DNA of 64,000 nt from Candidatus Aminicenantes bacterium UBA6228 (lineage in GTDB: Bacteria > Acidobacteriota > Aminicenantia > Aminicenantales > Saccharicenantaceae): positions 88,662-152,661 of the forward strand of contig DJWO01000014.1 in assembly GCA_002441005.1 (NCBI GenBank), written 5' to 3'. The translations under genes were made by a program, and so were the position numbers. How positions within the stretch are numbered: the stretch's first letter is position 1; every line of letters starts with the position of its first letter. The notes beneath the pieces are model-generated. The model did not search any database and had not been told where the DNA came from. It was given only the letters and a program-made list of their open reading frames with translations. Below are positions 59,260-64,000 of this stretch, in pieces.

Positions 59260-59727
59260 TTATTCAGAAACTTTTAGTTCTTCTGCCTTCTTGAAGTCCG
59301 TTGTTTCATTCCCTATTCTTTTTAAACAGACAAGACGTACATTTCCTTCTTTATCCTGGATAAAGATAAATATAAAATTTTCTGATATCGACAAACCCCA
59401 AGCCTCCAGATTTATCCGGGCGAGTGTTTTGCCCTTTCTGTTAATGAGCCAATATTTCGTTTTTTCTCCGGGCTTTGATGGACTGGCAATCAGGAGATTA
59501 CCCTCGGGCGTCAAAGAAATTCCCTCTATATTCGGTTTTTTATCATAATCAGTTTTCCATTAAAATCATAAACTTTTAAATTTCTGCTTAACCCGTCAGA
59601 AAAAACGATTGAGTACACCTTCACCTTCTTTTGCACCCAGGAAAAAGTGATCTTCTCCTGCGTTAAGATATAACACCAGACAAAAAACAAAAAATGAGCT
59701 CAGCCAAAAAATCTTTTTCCCCATCAT
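59260..59727 (-). pseudogene. Degraded exported (beta-propeller-like) protein gene
   Basis: Signal peptide MMGKKIFWLSSFFVFCLVLYLNA, early stop, then out-of-frame blocks (LKVYDFNGKLI; YWLINRKGKTLARI) ending at 59260. 5' coordinate approximate. Confidence 0.5.
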
Positions 59728-60080
59728 TTTAGTTTCACCCCTATTTTATATATTGCTTTTTCTGGCTATGGCCAACTTTTTGTTGCTACTTCTTTCTAAC
59801 GGGCCATGATCCCCGACATAATTTGACCACCTTTATTGCTTGATATCAACTCAACGAATTAACTCATCTAAAATCTACTCGAAATTATTTTGCCTGCCAA
59901 TTTGTCTCATAATATAAATATTTAACTTGACAAAAAAACCACCAGAAATAAGATATATTTTCTTAAGATTTTTGATTCCAATGAACAATCTGATTGAAGT
60001 GTTCGATGCGAAACCCAGAAAATAAATGACCTGTTTGTTTTTGTCTATAAAATCTCACACCCTCTCAAGGAAGGAGGCCC

Positions 60081-61424
60081 ATGAATAAATCTCTAAAAAA
60101 AAGGCAGCCTGTTTTTATCCGGGCTCTGGCACCCACTCTGCTGGGCCTGGTGTTGATAGCCAGCTTATTTTTTCCCCTTTCTGCCCGGGCAGGAAGTCCG
60201 GAAGTTAAGCCCGCTTATGCTCTGGTCAATTGCCGGATATTCCCGGTGGCTCAACCAGTTATAGAAAAAGGAACAATTGTTGTCCGCGACGGCCTGATTG
60301 AAGCTGTCGGCCCGGCCGCCAAAGTCAAAATTCCTGAAGACGCCGAAATCATCGAAGCCAGCGGCTTAACCGCTTATCCCGGTTTGATTTCTGCTCACAC
60401 CAACCTGTTCCTTGAAACGAAAGAACAGGCCCAACCACCAAGCACGCCTGAAGACTATTTAGCCGCCTACACTCAGCCCGCTGAACCAAAGGAATTGCCC
60501 TGGCTCAAAATCATAGAAAAGCTTAAGCCGAAAAAAGAGACGGTTGAAGCCTATCATAAAACCGGAATAACCACAGTGGTGGTTGCTCCGAGCGAAGGCA
60601 TTTTTGAGGGGCAAAGTGTCATTCTCAATTTAAACGGCGATGAGATAAACGGCATGGTCCTCACCCAGCCCTGGGCTCTCCACCTCAACTTTACAACGGA
60701 AAGGAGGGTCTATCCTTCCAGCCCGATGGGGACCTTAGCTTTTATCAGGCAAAAGTTTTACGATACGCAGCATTATAGCCAGCATCTTCAAAAATACCGT
60801 CAGTCGCCCCAACTCTTAAGACGGCCTGAATATGACCCCTTTCTTGAAGCCCTTCTTCCTTATGTAGTCGATAAAAAGACGATCGTCTTCCAGTGCAATA
60901 ATCTGGAGGAAATAAAACGCGCTCTGAAGATCATTAAAGAATTCCAGTTGAAGGCTGTCCTCACCGGCTGTAACGAAGCCTGGCGGGTCAGTCAGGATCT
61001 GAAGTCAGCCAATATTCCCTTCCTGGTCACTCTTGACTTTCGCCCGCCCAACAGCAGTGTTTATGCCCAGGAAGGTCAGGCTGCCCGGGAAAAAGCCGAA
61101 AAGGAAATTTATCCAGCCAATGCCTCCAATCTGGCCAAAGAAAAAATTAATTTCTCACTCACCAGTTTTGGCCTGAGCGAATCGAATTTTATAAAAAATC
61201 TCAGATTAGCCATTCAGGCTGGCCTGCCCACCGACCAGGCTCTCCGTTCGCTGACCATCGAGCCAGCCCGCACCCTTGGCCTGGAGAAACAGCTTGGCTC
61301 TCTCGAACCGGGTAAAATCGCCAATCTCATCCTGACCAAAGGCGAGCTATTCGATGAAAAAACCAAGATAGTTAAAGTCATGGTTGATGGAACCTTATTC
61401 AGCTACGAGGAGAAAGGCCAATGA
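60081..61424 (+). CDS. Exported amidohydrolase-family protein, metal ligands degenerate
   Basis: IEKGTIVVRDGLI, AYPGLISAHTN, GSLEPGKIANL. Confidence 0.85.
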   Translation: MNKSLKKRQPVFIRALAPTLLGLVLIASLFFPLSARAGSPEVKPAYALVNCRIFPVAQPVIEKGTIVVRDGLIEAVGPAAKVKIPEDAEIIEASGLTAYPGLISAHTNLFLETKEQAQPPSTPEDYLAAYTQPAEPKELPWLKIIEKLKPKKETVEAYHKTGITTVVVAPSEGIFEGQSVILNLNGDEINGMVLTQPWALHLNFTTERRVYPSSPMGTLAFIRQKFYDTQHYSQHLQKYRQSPQLLRRPEYDPFLEALLPYVVDKKTIVFQCNNLEEIKRALKIIKEFQLKAVLTGCNEAWRVSQDLKSANIPFLVTLDFRPPNSSVYAQEGQAAREKAEKEIYPANASNLAKEKINFSLTSFGLSESNFIKNLRLAIQAGLPTDQALRSLTIEPARTLGLEKQLGSLEPGKIANLILTKGELFDEKTKIVKVMVDGTLFSYEEKGQ

Positions 61425-62740
61425 CTCGAAAACTAAAAAAGACCGGCCTGATTATATCTTTGTCCTTTCTGATTCTCTTTCTGTTATCAGCTACCTGGCT
61501 TTTAGCCGGTGGCGATTTACTGATCAAAAATGCTACGATCCTGACGGTTACTGGCGGTGTTATTACCAACGGTGATGTTCTGGTCGTCAATGGCCTGATA
61601 AAACAAATCGGCCAGAATCTCGCCGCTCCAGCCGGAGTCAGAATTATTGAAGCTAACGGTAGATACCTGATGCCGGGCATCATCGATACTCATACCCACA
61701 TCGCTCTTTCTGGCACCAATGAAGGCACCGATGCGGTCACTCCAGAAGTAACCATGGCTGAGGTGGTCAATGCCGATGATACTTCGATTTTTACCGCTCT
61801 CTCCGGCGGGGTGACCATGGTTCATACCATGCACGGCAGCGCCAATGTCATCGGGGGGACCAACGTTGTTTTGAAACTTAAATGGGGCAAACCTTCTGAA
61901 CAGCTCATTGTCAAAGAAGCCTATCCCACTCTTAAATTTGCTCTGGGTGAAAATGTCAAGCAATCAAGCGGCACGCTTCTCCCCGGACGCCCTCAGCGCT
62001 ACCCGGCCACCCGGATGGGGGCCAATGCTCTCATCAGAAGTGAATTACTGCAGGCCAGGGACTATATGGCGGCCTGGGACCGCTATGAGGAGCTTAAAAA
62101 GTCCAAGAATCCGCCGGCCAATCTCCTCCCCCCAAGAAAAGACCTCAGACTGGAGACACTGGCCGACCTGCTCCGCGGCAAGCTCGTCGCTCGCTGTCAT
62201 GGCTATGTCGCCACCGAAATGCTGGAGTTTTTGAATCTGTCCAAAGAATTCGGCTTTAAAATTGGCGCTTTCGAGCATGCCTGGGAAGCCTATAAAATAA
62301 CCAATGAGCTAAAAGCCGCCGGCGTGGGTATCTCGGTTTTTATTGATAGCTGGGCGTACAAAATGGAAGCAGCCGAAGGCATAGCCTATAACGCCGCCTA
62401 TTGCACCAAAAAAGGCCTTCTGGTTTCGATTAATTCCGACAGCGGCGAGCGGATAAGAAGGTTATTCAATGAAGCCGGCAAAGCGGTCAAGTATGGATTG
62501 ACCCGGGATGAAGCTCTGAAGCTCATCACCATCAATGCCGCCAAACAACTGGGCGTTGACCGCCTGGTTGGAAGCATTGAGGTTGGCAAACAGGCTGATC
62601 TGGCTCTTTTCAGCCAGCATCCGATGAGTGCTTATACCCGCTGTGAGATGACCATTATCGAGGGCGAAGTTTACTTCGACCGGGAGGCGCTTATCAAAGA
62701 AAGAGCCGCCGCTTCCACCAAAAAAGGAGACCTGTCATGA
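61421..62740 (+). CDS. Exported amidohydrolase, metal ligands intact
   Basis: PGIIDTHTH, KFALGEN, CHGY, EHAWE, INSD, GSIEVGKQAD. Confidence 0.9.
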   Translation: MTRKLKKTGLIISLSFLILFLLSATWLLAGGDLLIKNATILTVTGGVITNGDVLVVNGLIKQIGQNLAAPAGVRIIEANGRYLMPGIIDTHTHIALSGTNEGTDAVTPEVTMAEVVNADDTSIFTALSGGVTMVHTMHGSANVIGGTNVVLKLKWGKPSEQLIVKEAYPTLKFALGENVKQSSGTLLPGRPQRYPATRMGANALIRSELLQARDYMAAWDRYEELKKSKNPPANLLPPRKDLRLETLADLLRGKLVARCHGYVATEMLEFLNLSKEFGFKIGAFEHAWEAYKITNELKAAGVGISVFIDSWAYKMEAAEGIAYNAAYCTKKGLLVSINSDSGERIRRLFNEAGKAVKYGLTRDEALKLITINAAKQLGVDRLVGSIEVGKQADLALFSQHPMSAYTRCEMTIIEGEVYFDREALIKERAAASTKKGDLS

Positions 62741-64000
62741 AGCTGACCATCACAACAGCTCAAGCCCTGCTAAAAAATAAAAACCAGCTTTTCTTAGCAG
62801 CCATCCTGCTCAGCCTGACTTTATTGACCCCTTGTTTTTCTCTGGCTCAACAACCAGCCGCTCAGGCTCAAAAGGACTCAGAGATTATTGCCATAGTTGG
62901 AGCTAAAATAGTTCCCGTCACGGGCCCGGTCATTGAATCAGGTTCGATCCTGATTAAAAACGGCCGGATCGCTGACCTCGGACCTAATATTTCTATTCCG
63001 GCTGGAGCGAAGGTCATCGAAGCCAAGGGCCTCACCGCATACCCCGGGATGATCGACAGCTATTCCTGGCTTGGCCTGGAAGAAATCAGCGGCGTCCGGG
63101 CAACGGTTGATAACCGCGAAACCGGCCGGATTAATCCCCAGGTCAAAGCCATCGAAGCTCTCCGTTATGATTCGATGCACATTCCGATCGCCCGGGCCAA
63201 CGGCATTGTGGCGGCAGTGGTGGCTCCCTCTGGCGGCTTGATCTCCGGTCAAAGCACCTTAGTCAAACTGGATGGCTGGACGAATCGAGAAATGGTCATC
63301 AAAGAATCGCTGGCCATGATCATTGAACTTCCCGCCATCAGACGAAGTCGAGGCGGCTTCTCTGGTTTTAGAGGCCAACAACCTCAGGTCACTACCGAAA
63401 AAACTCTCGATGAACTGCGGCAGGTTTTCAAGAAAGCCCGGATGTATGAGAAAAGAAGGGAAGCAGCCCGCAAAAATATCCTCCTCCCGCTACCGGAGTT
63501 TGATGAGGCCAGCCACTTTCTCCTCCCGGTAGTTAAAGGTGAATTGCCGGTGATTTTCTCGGTTCATGCCGATAAAGATATCCTTCAAACCATTAAATTT
63601 GTTCAGGAGGAAAAAATAAAGGCGATTTTCTATGGAGTCGAACAGGGTTTTAAAGTTGCCAAAGAAATCAAGGAAGCGGGTATTCCCTGTCTTATGGGTT
63701 CCCTCTACAGCCTGCCTCCTGTCTGGGAAGATGGCTATGATGCTCTGTTCTTAAATCCAGTCATTCTCAATCAGGCTGGAGTCAAGATTGCTTTTTCTTC
63801 CTCCAGTGCCAGCGCCGCCAAGGACCTCCCCTACCAGGCAGCTAAAGCCGCCGCCTTTGGACTCAAACCAGAAGAAGCCCTTAAGGCCGTGACCATTTAC
63901 CCGGCAGAAATATTTGGTGTGGATAAATTGCTGGGCAGCCTGGAACCTGGTAAAACCGCCAATATCGTTCTGGCCGACGGGGATCTTCTCGAACTCGGAA
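62737..64000 (+). CDS. Exported amidohydrolase-family protein, degenerate, partial at window end (not in the ORF track)
   Basis: ATG 62737 overlaps the upstream stop (GGAG RBS); AYPGMIDSYSWLGL, GSLEPGKTAN; frame open to 64000. Confidence 0.85.
   Translation, partial: MKLTITTAQALLKNKNQLFLAAILLSLTLLTPCFSLAQQPAAQAQKDSEIIAIVGAKIVPVTGPVIESGSILIKNGRIADLGPNISIPAGAKVIEAKGLTAYPGMIDSYSWLGLEEISGVRATVDNRETGRINPQVKAIEALRYDSMHIPIARANGIVAAVVAPSGGLISGQSTLVKLDGWTNREMVIKESLAMIIELPAIRRSRGGFSGFRGQQPQVTTEKTLDELRQVFKKARMYEKRREAARKNILLPLPEFDEASHFLLPVVKGELPVIFSVHADKDILQTIKFVQEEKIKAIFYGVEQGFKVAKEIKEAGIPCLMGSLYSLPPVWEDGYDALFLNPVILNQAGVKIAFSSSSASAAKDLPYQAAKAAAFGLKPEEALKAVTIYPAEIFGVDKLLGSLEPGKTANIVLADGDLLELG

Noticed and set aside
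637-63532. Numerous 60-200 aa ORFs nested in or antisense to long genes
   Set aside because: They overlap well-supported CDSs and show no motifs of their own.
1-64000. CRISPR array, rRNA or IS transposase
   Set aside because: I saw no regularly spaced repeat-spacer run, rRNA-like sequence or transposase motif. The two attC palindromes are separated by genes, not spacers.

Overview
A 64-kb bacterial chromosomal window from what looks like a Gram-negative anaerobe. The gene content (4-subunit 2-oxoacid:ferredoxin oxidoreductase, HypF, desulfoferrodoxin, many exported peptidases and hydrolases) is compatible with Ca. Aminicenantes/OP8; this is inference only. Most of the window is housekeeping: gltX, prmC-prfA-rpmE, rsmD, thiC, porCDAB, fabH, queH, hypF, mutM, gatB-ftsEX-rodZ-recO, tRNA-Arg(CCT), tRNA-Ala(GGC) and a probable 6S RNA. 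It also holds a c-di-GMP locus (GAF-GGDEF-PilZ cyclase, coiled-coil protein, HD-GYP), a PerR-Dfx-Prx operon, a lipid/glycan modification operon and an amidohydrolase triplet. The standout is an AT-rich 3.9-kb island (55061-58973) at the 3' end of tRNA-Ala, bounded by a 7-bp direct repeat. It contains a decayed integron: a frameshifted, truncated tyrosine integrase, an attI-like site and two attC sites. Two cassettes with self-complementary ends carry candidate defence genes, a DUF262-HNH protein and a PD-(D/E)XK nuclease (amber-interrupted) with an uncharacterised partner. All family calls come from motif recognition by eye; no database searches were run.
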